NCBI GenBank assembly: GCA_964019425.1
Contig: OZ025787.1
Span: forward strand, 372,001-436,000
Direction: 5' to 3'
Length of the DNA stretch: 64,000 nt
Origin: Flectonema sp. DT1601
Taxonomy: Eukaryota
How positions within the stretch are numbered: position 1 is the stretch's first letter; each line of letters starts with the position of its first letter. The translations under genes and the position numbers were made by a program. Shown here piece by piece: positions 28,479-41,300 of this stretch. Below the pieces are notes generated by a model that was given only the letters and a program-made list of their open reading frames with translations, had not been told where the DNA came from and did no database searches.

Positions 28479-28670
28479 TAATTAACCAGTTGGATTCCTC
28501 TTGTTCGTAACAGTTCCAAGTTGACACTTCATTGTAGACACGACATGCGGCCTGACACAGAAGGCTTCCGAGCCCACGAGAGGTCCCGAGAGACCCTTCG
28601 CAGACCCTTCAACCTAAACCCATGAAAGAGCCACACCGTTATCTACATGTGTCCTCGGAGCCAATCCTTT

Positions 28671-28716
<46 letters not shown>

Positions 28717-29669
28717 TTCTGTCGGCCAGAGGCTTTTAGCCTAGGAGACCTATTGCGGTTAACGGTACGGCCTGATGCAAGAGAAGAGATCTCCCCTGTC
28801 TTTTCCATGCACATCCACCAGACACCCTACTGCACAAAAGAGTGCAGCTTTCCAGGGTAATTGTCCCTGTCCCCGCTTGATGCATTTCAAGGGACAATCA
28901 TTCCTTCAAAAAGAGACGACTACGTCATCCGGGGCCGGTGGACATGGTCGACAGGATCGTCACTGTGTTGCCACTTCAGTTCTCTGCATTCAGGTTGCGG
29001 AATGTTCACGCATTCCCTTTCGGCAAACCCGCACAGAAACACAAGTGCTCCCATGACGGCTTTGAGGCGAGCAATTACACCTTGCCTTAGGACCGACTGA
29101 CCCGTGTCCAACTGCTGTTGACACGGAAACCTTCTCCACTTCGGCCTTCAATGTTCTCCATTGAATATTCGCTACTACAACCAAGATCTGCACTCATCCA
29201 CGCTCCAGAAAGGCTCACGCCAATTCCTTCGCAGCATGGATCACGCACTCCTACTCAAGGCCGGCTTTTGAATACCGGACCTCGGCCGACTATGGGTGGA
29301 TCGCTTGAGCATCATCCATTTTCGGGACCGGTTCATTCGGCAGGTGAGTTGTTACACACTCATTATCGGATGCCGACTTCCATGGCCACCGTCCTGCTGT
29401 CTAGATGAACCGATACCCTTTGTGGGATCTGATGAGCGACCACTCGGACACCTTAAGTCAGCTCTCGGTTCATCCCGCGTCGCCAGTCCTGCTTACCAGA
29501 AGTGGCCCACTTGGAACCAGGATTCTTCGTCGGGGTTCAATTGAGCAACCCCGCGTTCACGCCCATTTAAAGTTTGAGAATAGGTCGAGGAAACGATATC
29601 CCCAACGCCTCCAATCATTCGCTTTACCTGGCGTAACTCCTTTTATGGTTCCAGCTATCCTGAGGGAAA
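28479..29669 (-). rRNA. Orphan fragment (~1.19 kb) of cytosolic LSU (28S-type) rRNA; pseudogene
   Basis: Reverse complements of universal LSU motifs: cccgaagttacggatc, ttgccgacttcccttacctacatt, tactacaaccaagatctgcac, catttaaagtttgagaatagg, gctatcctgagggaaa. Truncated by repeats at both ends. Confidence 0.93.
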
Positions 29670-30513
29670 ATAGAAAGTAATCGACATAGTCGATCGATAA
29701 AAAAACAATGATAACATTGTTTATTCTTTTTTTTTTTTTTTTTTTTAAATTCTTTTTATTTATTTTTTAAGAAAAAAAAACGGAAAATAGAAATTAGTCG
29801 ACATGGTCGAACGATAAAAAAACAATGATAACATTGTTTATTCTTTTTTTTATTTTTTTTTTTTTATATTCTTTTTTATTAATTTTGAAAAAAAAAAAAA
29901 AACAATCAGTTTAGCGTCTTGACCAGGACGGAAAATAGAAAGTAATCGACATAGTCGATCGATAAAAATACAATGATAACATTGTTTAATCTTTTATAAT
30001 TTTTTATTTTTTTTTTGTTTTAAAAAAAAAAAAAAAAAACAAGCGGAATTGATCATAATGGGTGGTAGGGGTTGTTATAACTTCGTTTGAAAATTCTTCT
30101 TTTTTGATTTCTTTTTTTTTTTTTTCTTTTTACAGGAGTTAAGATCACTTTCAGGAGACAACACATACACATTAACAAGAGCAGCAAGCAGAGTTGACAC
30201 TATCAATTCAAATTTGAAATACCGGGAATTAATTTACAAGGAGGTATCTCAAGTGACTTGGTATCTCTAGCGTGTCGGTATCTCTGGAGTGCTGGTATCT
30301 CGTATGTGCGTTGGTATCTCATGAGTGATGGTATCTCTTGTGCATTAGAGAAACGAAAAAGAATGTCATGACCATGACGGAAGAATTGAGGAATTGAGTT
30401 AACATGTTCAATTTAACTTATTTAAACTTTTTTTTTTTTTAACAGACCGTAACTATTTGAAAATAAAATGTAGATGGGAAACAGTGAAAAGTAAAATGGA
30501 TGATAAAATTAAA

Positions 30514-30766
30514 GGAAAATTCTCCGTTGCTACCCCAAAACTTTATTTTTCTCCGTTGTAGTCCACCTAAAAGAATTTTTCTCCGTTGTGTTTTTTTTTC
30601 TTTTTTTTTTTCGCTGTTGTGTGCCACCTAAACTTTTTTTTCGCTGTTGTGTGCCACCTATATTTATTTTTCGCTGTTGTGTGCCACCTATATTTATTTT
30701 TCGCTGTTGTGTGCCACCTATATTTATTTTTCTCTGTTGTGTGTCACTTGACCTTTTTTCCCTTTT

Positions 30767-30830
<64 letters not shown>

Positions 30831-33800
30831 CCTTTTTTTTTTTTTTTTTTTTTTGTGCACCTGTCTACCTGGTTAGTTAGTTAGATACCATACACTCATC
30901 TGATGGATTGATTGAAAGCTAATAACACAAACGGTTAAGGATGTGATGACTTGGGAAATGATAAAAGTAATCTTCCTTCTGGAACTTCTGCTCAGTACAC
31001 GCAAATGCATCTTGACACGCGGGAACCCTTCGGGCAGTACTGCGCTCTTGATAATTTAAGGTAGCCTTAAAAAAGCTCTCATGCTTGCATGAGTTAGATA
31101 CCCTGATAACCCGGTCAGAAACAGGAGTGTCGCTTGCGACCAGGCTGTCTGTAACTCGCAGGTGTCTTGGCCTTGAAATTCGGTTGGAATGACGTGTAAG
31201 AGGACAACAGTTCTCTGTAAGGTGACCCAGCCCTGCACACATACCGTTCTTTGCATGCACTTGTAGTAAAACTCCCAGAGGCTGAGAACACTATCAAGAC
31301 CTGACGAACAACCCAACCTTTCCGTGAGTACTTGTCTTTGCTAATCTCGTCAAGCCAGATGAACATCGTACAAACGTTATCTCAACATCCGTGTGCGCTT
31401 AAGGTGAGAGGGTGTTCATGGAAACTTTGTGGCTGAAAATAAATTTTGGTAGTGGTTTTAGGGATTCTCATTTTTTTCTTGCTGTTCTGGACCTAGGTCC
31501 CCTTGATAGTTTGTTTGTTTTTTTACTCTACGTTTCCAGATAATAACTACTCAACACCTACCTACCTACCTACCTGCTACCAAATGCCTGGAAACATGGA
31601 CTCCCCGCAGACTGCACCTGTGATCGCATCTGAGGATACTGTTACACCTGTCCCGACCATAAACGTGCCGGTGTTCAATGTTCCGACACCAACCCTGGGA
31701 CGTGTCTTCCCTAGCGAGAGTGCACTCCTGGCAAGCGTCACCCTCGCCTGCTGCTCCACTGGAAGGAGGTTTAGCAGACAAAAGCGTGAGAACCGGATAT
31801 CGTTCCATTGCACATCCGACTCATGTGAGTGGAGGGTGTGCGCTACAGGGAGTTGTGAAGAGAGAACTGTGACGGTGTCACAGCTGCGGCATACGGACGC
31901 TTGCAACCCTGGGGAGGGGAGGGTGTACGGGCTCAAGACCACAATAGCCTACCTTTCCCTGGCAAAATACAAGGAGTTGGGTACAAAATATAAAAAGTCC
32001 CACCTTGTACAAGACTTAAAGTCTTGCGGCATAACAGTAGGGAAGGATACTGTATACCGGGCCCTCGGAGAGGCCGATAAAGAGATCAATGGTGACCCCC
32101 ATGAGGGATTTGCCTGGTTACAGGCCTGGTTCACCTCACTGGCGGAACAAAACCCCGGTACCCAGTGGGACATAAAAGAAGAGGGTGGAAGGTTTAAGTC
32201 CTTTTTCCTTGCTTTGGGGGCATCGCTGGAGGGTGTAGGTGCATGTCCGGGGGGATTTGGGGTTGTTGATGGGTGCTTCTTACGAGCACATTACTTGGGG
32301 ACATTGCTTACATTTGTTGCAATGGACCCACTGGGAAGTCAATTCCCTGTGGGTTTCGCCTTGATAGGCAATGAAGACGCCGAAGGGTGGAAGTACTTCC
32401 TTGGGAAGCTGGAGTCGGCGGTGAAGGTTCCGGAGTTTTTGGGCGAAGGGTTTGGCCTTATGGCCGATCAGGACAAGGGCCTACTGTCGGTGCTTCGTGG
32501 GGATTACAACGATGTGATTGCCCTCAAATGCACACAACACATGGGTCGAAACATCAAGGCCAAGTTCAGCAAGGAGATGTTTGGTAGGTTCAAACATCTG
32601 TGTACGGCACCTTCATACAGGTTCCTACCCATGTTTGATGCTCTTGGTGAGTCTGCGGAGGAGAACGAGCTTGAAGTACTCCACGAATACCTGGATGAAA
32701 AGGAGCCTGAGACTTGGGCTCGCGGTGCAATCCGCTCTAGGACGTACAATCAAAGTACGAACAACCTGGCTGAAGGGTTTAACAATGTTATCTCTTCAGC
32801 CAGGGACAAGAATGTGTTGGGGATGCTTAACAGCATTGTCAGCATTGTGCAGAAGTGGCACTACGAGCGACGGCGTAGTGCGCACGATGCAGAGGGTGAT
32901 GACGAGATGGTTTTGGGGTGGGTGCGAGAGATCGTGGAGACGGCTGCCGTTGAAGCAGCAGTGTTCACTGTTGAACCAGTGATGCACGAAGGCGAAGTGT
33001 TTGAAGGTATGGTATCTTTCTCGGGGCTTGTAGAATCATCTGCAGGGATAATAACAACAAACAGCGAACGTTGTACATGGACAGAGGCAGGAGTTGGTCA
33101 AGCTGGTGGGTAAAGAAATGGCTTGCACCTGTTTGCTCCCAGAGCAGACTGCCTTGCCATGCGTTCATACCTGCGCGGCTATCAGGTACTTCTTCTTTTT
33201 GTCTTTTTGTTGTCGTGGTCAACGCTACTTGTGGCGAATTAATTGGACTAAATAAACAGGTTTCTTGGTTTCAACGAGATGCAGTACGTTCCAACCTGCT
33301 TTCGTTTGGGAGCCTTACGAAAGGCGTATGACGACCCAGTACGGCCAGTTGGGCTGTATCAGTTTCAGTCGGCGAAGACTGAACTGTTACCGCCAACAAC
33401 GAAGAAGCCGAAGGGTGCCCCCACGAAGAGGATTCCTTCCAAAGGGGAGGGAAAGAACTTGTGTAGTCGTTGTGGTAAGGTGGGCCACAATAAGACTACG
33501 TGTAAAAACCCCTTACACGAGAAGTCGGCCCCGAAGAAGTCAGCCCCTAAGAAATCGGCCCCCAAGAAGTCGGCCCCCAAGAAGTCGGCCCCCAAGAAAT
33601 CAGCGAAGAAGTCGGCCCCCAAGAAGACTGTCGATACATCGATTAGGAGAAACCGGATATCCGGAAAGAGAAAGAAGTGTGATTCAAGTTCATCATCTGA
33701 TGAGCTTTAATATTTTTCGATGCAAGGTCATCATCTGATTCATTTATAGTGTTTTCTATTCTTGCTTTATAAAACTTTTCGTCTAACAAGGAAACACTGT

Positions 33801-34059
33801 CAAGAATGTGAGAAGATGTGAAGATTCTACCTCTGATTTTTTTTCTTATTTCTTTTTTCTTTTTTTTTTTTTTTTTCGAGAAAAAAAAATTTTTTTTTAG
33901 AGAAAAAAAAAAAGTGCTGGTACCCAACAGAGAAAAAAAAAAAAGAGTTGTTCACAACAGCGAAAAAACTTTTTGGGTGCAGGCAACGGAGAAAAAAAAG
34001 TTAAGGTGACAGGCAACGGAGAAAAAACTTTTTTTTATGTAGGCAACGGAGAATTCTCC
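30514..34059 (+). mobile_element. Mutator-like (MULE) DNA transposon, probably autonomous
   Basis: Termini ggaaaattctccgttgc...gcaacggagaattctcc, subterminal repeats, 9-bp TSD aaaattaaa (30505-30513 and 34060-34068). Uninterrupted homologous site near 47337-47354. Confidence 0.95.
31584..33710 (+). CDS. MULE transposase, predicted exons 31584-33006, 33065-33185, 33260-33710 (664 aa)
   Basis: DDE residues in VVDGCFL, LMADQDKGL and TNNLAEGFNN; CxxH (KCTQH). Removing GT-AG introns 33007-33064 and 33186-33259 restores a SWIM finger (CTCLLPEQTALPCVH), YVPTCF..AY and a CCHC knuckle (CSRCGKVGHNKTTC) in one frame. Confidence 0.88.
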
Positions 34060-34872
34060 AAAATTAAATGAGAAATATGACATAACAGACCAGATAGAGA
34101 GTATTAAAGGGAAATTGAAAAGGAAAAGAGAAACTAGGTTAACACTTATTTAAAATTAAGACCGGTTAGTCAGTTTAAGGTCTTGACTAGGACCAACAAA
34201 AAAGAAAGAAAAAAAATTAACGATCAAGCTGAGCTGATCCTGTTTTTATTACAAATAGGGGAGCGGGAGGGATGGAAGGAATAGAGGAAAAAAAAAGAAA
34301 AGGTTGATCAATTGGATCTGATCGTCGAGAAGAAGAAATTATTTTAAAGGTTGATCGGTATAGCCGATCGTTGAGAAAAATAAACAGATATAAATACAAT
34401 CAGTTTAAATTAAAAAAAGAAAGAAAGATTAACGATCAAGCTGAGCTGATCTTGTTTTTATTTAAAATTAGGGGAGCGGGAGGGATGGAAGGAATAAAGG
34501 AAAAAAAAAAAAAAAGGTCGATCAATTGGATCTGATCGTCGAGAAGAAGAAAACAATTATTTATAAAAAAAAGAAAAAAATGGTCGGTATAGCCGATCGT
34601 TGAGAAAAGAACAGATATAAATACAATCGGTTTTGGTGATCGACGAGTGGAGCGATCACTTGACAAGAAGGAAAAAGAAAGGACCGATTAATTGGGGCTT
34701 TGATTGTATTCCCAAGGCATGTTTTTTTTTTTTTTTTTTATTATTCATTTACATTATTATTATTTTTTTTTTTTTTTAAATTAATAATCACATTTTGTTC
34801 AAAAATATTTCATATTAGAGTAAAAGAAAAAGAAAAAAAGAAATAAGAGAAAAAAAAAAAAAAAACCATTGC

Positions 34873-34966
34873 TGGCCCCCTCACCACTCATAGAGGATGA
34901 GGAGGCCAGTAAGGCGTCACTCAAATCTATGCCAAGCCTTGGGAACTTGGATTGGGGTTTAGACCA
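34873..34966 (-). ncRNA. Twister-like self-cleaving ribozyme, copy 2
   Basis: Minus strand: UGGUC-UAA-ACC-CC-AAU-CCAAG-UUCCCAAGG-CUUGG-[linker, CUCAU/AUGAG stem]-GGU-GAGGG-GGCCA. Core identical to copy 1, with compensatory changes in P1 and P4. Confidence 0.7.
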
Positions 34967-34989
34967 TTTATAATTAACAATTAACAATT

Positions 34990-37420
34990 GAGTTGAATTA
35001 CCAGGTGAGATTTGGACAGTTAGCTTTTGGCTAAGGCCCTCCCTGAAGAGCAAGAACAGAAAAACTACTCACACCTGAAGAAAACATACACAAAGAACAC
35101 ACTGTAAGCTGTGTGTGTATTTTGTGTTTGTCACAACAGGAGAGAAAAGAAAGAATGTCAAGGTTGGTCACCTTGCCTATCAACGCACAACATTGGTGGT
35201 CTCTACTAGACCCTGAGTGATCCCACTGGATCTCTCATCGTTCATAGTACCCTGTGTGAAGTTATAAAATCAAAGGTAAACTATGAACTACAAATGACTT
35301 AGCCTGTTATTATAATGCCACAGGCAGGCCCTGCATTCAGCAACTATCCAGCAGTGCTTGGATGTCCTGATCTTCTTCTAAAAAAAAGAAAGAAAAACAA
35401 AACTGTAGCTGGGATCACTCAGGATCAACAGACTACCAATGCTACCTGTTGTACTTGCTCACTATGGGGGGTGATGCCAAACACCCAGAAGTACTAAACT
35501 GCTTTCCTTCTTGCTGCCCAGGAGTTTCTGACCAGAACTAATAGAAAATAAAAAGTAGATGGGAAACAATAAAAAGTAAAATGGATATAACTGAAGTTAA
35601 ACAAGACAAATGAAGTAACAGACCAGAACAGAAAGAGAATTGTAATAGAAGATTACAAATAAAAAAATGCAAGATCAACACATGATCAAGATACACCAGC
35701 AGCTAACAAACAACATAAAATTGAAGATCAGTTGCCAGAGTATTTCAACCATGGTAGAATACTCGCCCCTCTGGCAGGGATTATCCCAGACTTGTCCTTT
35801 AATCTAGTTGGACACCATGGCTTACAACCCTTCCAGAGGGAAGCACCATTATGACTTCTATTTTTTTTTCTTCAAGAAAATCATAAGGTGGTAACAAAGA
35901 AAAATGCTAAGAGGAACCCCTTATTAACACCTAAGACATCTAAACTGCAGCCCAGCTTATGCCCAATGCACTAACAGGTCATTCCCTCACACTCAGATCA
36001 AAAAATCAAAGTTCAGAGTGCATCTTAGCATGAATGAGAGAAATTCCTCATCGCTTTTTTTGAACAAAAGGGATAGAAGAGGGGATAGAAAACGAACATA
36101 ACAATAAAATTCTAAGTGAGAAACACTTAGCAGAAACACTTAGCAGCTTTTAAGGACCTGATTAACGTTATGATCTGACGGACATAAACATATCGATAAA
36201 ATAATACAAACAAGGAGTTGAATTTCCAGGTGAGATTTGGACTGTTAGCTTTTGGCTAAGGCCCTCCCTGAAGAGCAAGAACAAAAAAACTACTCACACC
36301 TGAAGAAAACATACACAAAGAACACACTGTAAGCTGTGTGTGTATTTTGTGTTTGTCACAACAGGAGAGAAAAGAAAGAATGTCAAGGTTGGTCACCTTG
36401 CCTATCAACGCACAACATTGGTGGTCTCTACTAGACCCTGAGTGATCCCACTGGATCTCTCATCGTTCATAGTACCTATGTGAAGTTATAAAATCAAAGG
36501 TAAACTATGAACTACAAATGACTTAGCCTGTTATTATAATGCCACAGGCAGGCCCTGCATTCAGCAACTATCCAGCAGTGCTTGGATGTCCTGATCTTCT
36601 TCTAAAAAAAAGAAAGAAAAACAAAACTGTAGCTGGGATCACTCAGGATCAACAGACTACCAATGCTACCTGTTGTACTTGCTCACTATGGGGGGTGATG
36701 CCAAACACCCAGAAGTACTCAACTACTTTCCTTCTTGCTGCCCAGGAGTTTCTGACCAGAACTAATAGAAAATAAAAAGTAGATGGGAAACAATAAAAAG
36801 TAAAATGGATATAACTGAAGTTATACAAGACAAATGAAGTAACAGACCAGAACAGAAAGAGGATTGTAATAGAAGATTACAAATAAAAAAATGCAAGTAT
36901 CAACACATAATCAAGATACACCAGCAGCTAACAAACAACATAAAATTGAAGATCAGTTGCCAGAGTATTTCAACCATGGTAGAATACTCGCCCCTCTGGC
37001 AGGGATTATCCCAGACTTGTCCTTTATTCTAGTTGGACACCATGGCTTACAACCCTTCCAGAGGGAAGCACCATTATGACTTCTATTTTTTTTCTTCAAG
37101 AAAATCATAAGGTGGGAACAAAGAAAAATGCTAAGAGGAACCCCCTATTAACACCTAAGACATCTAAACTGCAGCCCAGCCTATGCCCAATGCACTAACA
37201 GGTCATTCCCTCACACTCAGATCAAAAAATCAAAGTTCAGAGTGCATCTTAGCGTGAATGAGAGAATTTCCTCCCGCTTATTTTGAACAAAAGGGATAGG
37301 AGAAGGGATAGAAAACGAACATAAAAATAAAATTCTAAGTGAGAAACACTTAGCAGAAACACTTAGCAGCTTTTAAGGAGCTGAAAAGCAAAAAAAAAAT
37401 CTAAGTGAGAAACACTTAGT
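34990..37420 (-). mobile_element. Two family A copies in tandem (34990-~36160 and 36215-~37420)
   Basis: On the + strand both begin gagttgaatt(a/t)ccaggtgagatttggac, the reverse complement of the 1356-bp unit end. Confidence 0.85.
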
Positions 37421-38344
37421 GAGGAACGAACAATAAATAATAAATAAGCTAAAAAACTAAATAAACAAAGTGATGTGAAAGTAAGGAAAAAGAGAATTAC
37501 AAGGGGGTGGAGTCACCGTGAACGTCATCAGCAGAACATCTCCTTCGATTGTAACGATATCTTGATGGAGGGGTTCGTTTTTTCAGAGTTGAACGCTCAG
37601 ACTTTCTCGGATTTGAATGATTCAATTTATATGTTCACTTCTAATTATATTTTTCTACTTACAGCACACCAATAAAATATAACTGCACTAAATAAATTTT
37701 CCTAGTTTATTGTATTTTCACACCTTTTCTTTCACAAGGGGGAAAAAAAAATGGCTGGGCAAAATGTTTGTTAGCAGGGAAATATTCTCGCGGGGAAATA
37801 TTCTCGCGGATTTAGGAAAAATGAATTTCGATAAAGTGGGAAGTAACGGACTGGGAGCTTTTGGCTCCTGCCCTATTCCCGATGTAAACTTTCTTTTTAT
37901 TTTTATTTTTTTTTAACAGGCCCAAAGGGCGACAATGATGGTTGCTGACCAAGGAATAATATTCAAATGAATTTTCGTTTCAAAGAAACGAACAGAATTA
38001 AGAGAGAGGCAGAGGAAAAAAAAAAAAAAAGAAAGAAAAGAAAAGAAAAAAAAAAATGAAGAGGAAATAATCAAACATGAAAAAAAAAAAAAAAAAAACA
38101 ATCAGTTTAGCGTCTTGACCAGGACGGAAAACTGGAAGTAATCGACATAGTCGATCGATAAAAAAAACAATGATAACATTGTTTCATCTTTTATATTTTT
38201 TAATTTTTTTTTATATTTGAAGAAAAGAAAGAAGAAAAAAAAAAAAAAAAAAAAAACAAGCGGAATTGATCATAATGGGTGGCAGGGGTTGATATAACTT
38301 CATTTGAAAATTCTTCTTTTTTAATTTCTTTTTTTTTAAAAAAT

Positions 38345-41300
38345 TAATAAAAAGAATATAAAAAAAAAAAAAAGAATAAACAATGTTATCATTGTTTTTT
38401 TTTATCGTTCGACTTTGTCGACTAATTTCTATTTTCCGTTTCTTTTCTTTAAATAATAAATAAAAAGAATTTAAAATAAAAAAAAAGAATAAACAATGTT
38501 ATCATTGTTTTTTTATCGATCGACTATGTCGATTACTTTCTATTTTCCGTCCTGGTCAAGACGCTAAACTGATTGTTTTTTTTTTCAAAATTAATAAAAA
38601 AGAATATAAAAAAAAAAAAAAAAAAAAAGAATAAACAATGTTATCATTGTTTTTTTTTTTATTGTTCGACTTTGTTGACTAATTTCTATTTTCCGTTTTT
38701 TTTTCTTTAAAAAATAAATAAAAAGAATTTAAAATAAAAAAAAAGAATAAACAATGTTATCATTGTTTTTTTATCGATCGACTATGTCGATCACTTTCTA
38801 TTTTCCGTCCTGGTCAAGACGCTAAACTGATTGTTTTTTTTTCAAAATTAATAAAAAAGAATATAAAAAAAAAAAAAAAAAAAGAATAAACAATGTTATC
38901 AATGTTTTTTTTTTATCGTTCGACTTTGTCGACTAATTTCTATTTTCCGTTTCTTTTCTTTAAAGAATAAATAAAAAGAATTTAAAATAAAAAAAAAGAA
39001 TAAACAATGTTATCATTGTTTTTTTATCGATCGACTATGTCGATCACTTTCTATTTTCCGTCCTGGTCAAGACGCTAAACTGATTGTTTTTTTTTTTTTC
39101 AAAATTAATAAAAAAGAATATAAAAAAAAAAAAAAAAAAAGGAAAAACAATGTTATCATTGTTTTTTTTTATCGTTCGACTTTGTCGACTAATTTCTATT
39201 TTCCGTTTCTTTTCTTTAAAGAATAAATAAAAAGAATTTAAAATAAAAAAAAAGAATAAACAATGTTATCATTGTTTTTTTTATCGATCGACTATGTCGA
39301 TCACTTTCTATTTTCCGTCCTGGTCAAGACGCTAAACTGATTGTTTTTTTTTTTTTCAAAATTAATAAAAAAGAATATAAAAAAATACAAAAAAAAGAAT
39401 AAACAATGTTATCATTGTTTTTTTTATCGTTCGACTTTGTCGACTAATTTCTATTTTCCGTTTTTTTTTTCTTTAAAAAATAAATAAAAAGAATTTAAAA
39501 TAAAAAAAAAGAATAAACAATGTTATCATTGTTTTTTTTATCGATCGACTATGTCGATCACTTTCTATTTTCCGTCCTGGTCAAGACGCTAAACTGATTG
39601 TTTTTTTTTTTCAAAATTAATAAAAAAGAATATTAAAAAAAATACAAAAAAAAAAGAATAAACAATGTTATCATTGTTTTTTTTTTATCGTTCAACTTTG
39701 TCGACTAATTTCTATTTTCCGTTTTTTTTTCTTTAAAAAATAAATAAAAAGAATTTAAAATAAAAAAAAAAGAATAAACAATGTTATCATTGTTTTTTTT
39801 TATCGATCGACTATGTCGATTACTTTCTATTTTCCGTCCTGGTCAAGACGCTAAACTGATTGTTTTTTTTTTTCAAAATAAAAAAAAAATATTAAAAAAA
39901 AAAAATAAAAAAAAAGAATAAACAATGTTATCATTGTTTTTTTTTATCGTTCGACTTTGTTGACTAATTTCTATTTTCCGTTTTTTTTTCTTTAAAAAAT
40001 AAATAAAAAGAATTTAAAAAAAAAAAAAAAAAAAAAGAATAAACAATGTTATCATTGTTTTTTTTATCGATCGACTATGTCGATTACTTTCTATTTTCCG
40101 TCCTGGTCAAGACGCTAAACTGATTGTTTTTTTTTCAAAATTAATAAAAAAGAATATAAAAAAAAAAAAAAAAAAAGGAAAAACAATGTTATCATTGTTT
40201 TTTTTTATCGTTCGACTTTGTCGACTAATTTCTATTTTCCGTTTCTTTTCTTTAAAGAATAAATAAAAAGAATTTAAAATAAAAAAAAAGAATAAACAAT
40301 GTTATCATTGTTTTTTTTATCGATCGACTATGTCGATCACTTTCTATTTTCCGTCCTGGTCAAGACGCTAAACTGATTGTTTTTTTTTTTTTCAAAATTA
40401 ATAAAAAAGAATATAAAAAAATACAAAAAAAAGAATAAACAATGTTATCATTGTTTTTTTTATCGTTCGACTTTGTCGACTAATTTCTATTTTCCGTTTT
40501 TTTTTTCTTTAAAAAATAAATAAAAAGAATTTAAAATAAAAAAAAAGATTAAACAATGTTATCATTGTTTTTTTTATCGATCGACTATGTCGATCACTTT
40601 CTATTTTCCGTCCTGGTCAAGACGCTAAACTGATTGTTTTTTTTTTAAAAATTAATAAAAAAGAATATTAAAAAAAATACAAAAAAAAAAAGAATAAACA
40701 ATGTTATCATTGTTTTTTTTTTATCGTTCAACTTTGTCGACTAATTTCTATTTTCCGTTTTTTTTTCTTTAAAAAATAAATAAAAAGAATTTAAAATAAA
40801 AAAAAAAGAATAAACAATGTTATCATTGTTTTTTTTTATCGATCGACTATGTCGATTACTTTCTATTTTCCGTCCTGGTCAAGACGCTAAACTGATTGTT
40901 TTTTTTTTTCAAAATAAAAAAAAAATATTAAAAAAAAAAAATAAAAAAAAAGAATAAACAATGTTATCATTGTTTTTTTTTATCGTTCGACTTTGTTGAC
41001 TAATTTCTATTTTCCGTTTTTTTTTCTTTAAAAAATAAATAAAAAGAATTTAAAATAAAAAAAAAAGAATAAACAATGTTATCATTGTTTTTTTTTATCG
41101 ATCGACTATGTCGATTACTTTCTATTTTCCGTCCTGGTCAAGACGCTAAACTGATTGTTTTTTTTTTTCAAAATAAAAAAAAAATATTAAAAAAAAAAAA
41201 AAAAAAAAAGAATAAACAATGTTATCATTGTTTTTTTTATCGATCGACTATGTCGATTACTTTCTATTTTCCGTCCTGGTCAAGACGCTAAACTGATTTT

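Larger units (their letters stand above)
29664..34966 (-). mobile_element. Family B long non-coding element (twister-capped end at 34966), interrupted by the MULE
   Basis: Colinear (reverse complement) with 47100-47365 plus 52359-52700 plus satellite; contains GGTATCTC repeats and hairpin satellite monomers. Confidence 0.7.

Noticed and set aside
31056..31066. ttaaggtagcc, identical to the R2 retrotransposon target in 28S rRNA
   Set aside because: Not conserved in the homologous cargo copy near 62070 and no flanking rRNA similarity; likely chance.
31503..33113. 536-aa ORF as the complete transposase
   Set aside because: Begins at a non-ATG codon and reads into intron 1; the spliced model from ATG 31584 restores the SWIM and CCHC domains.
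35041..35070. Hammerhead-like CTGAAGA...GAAA in family A
   Set aside because: No stem II pairing, and GAAA is absent in the other copies.
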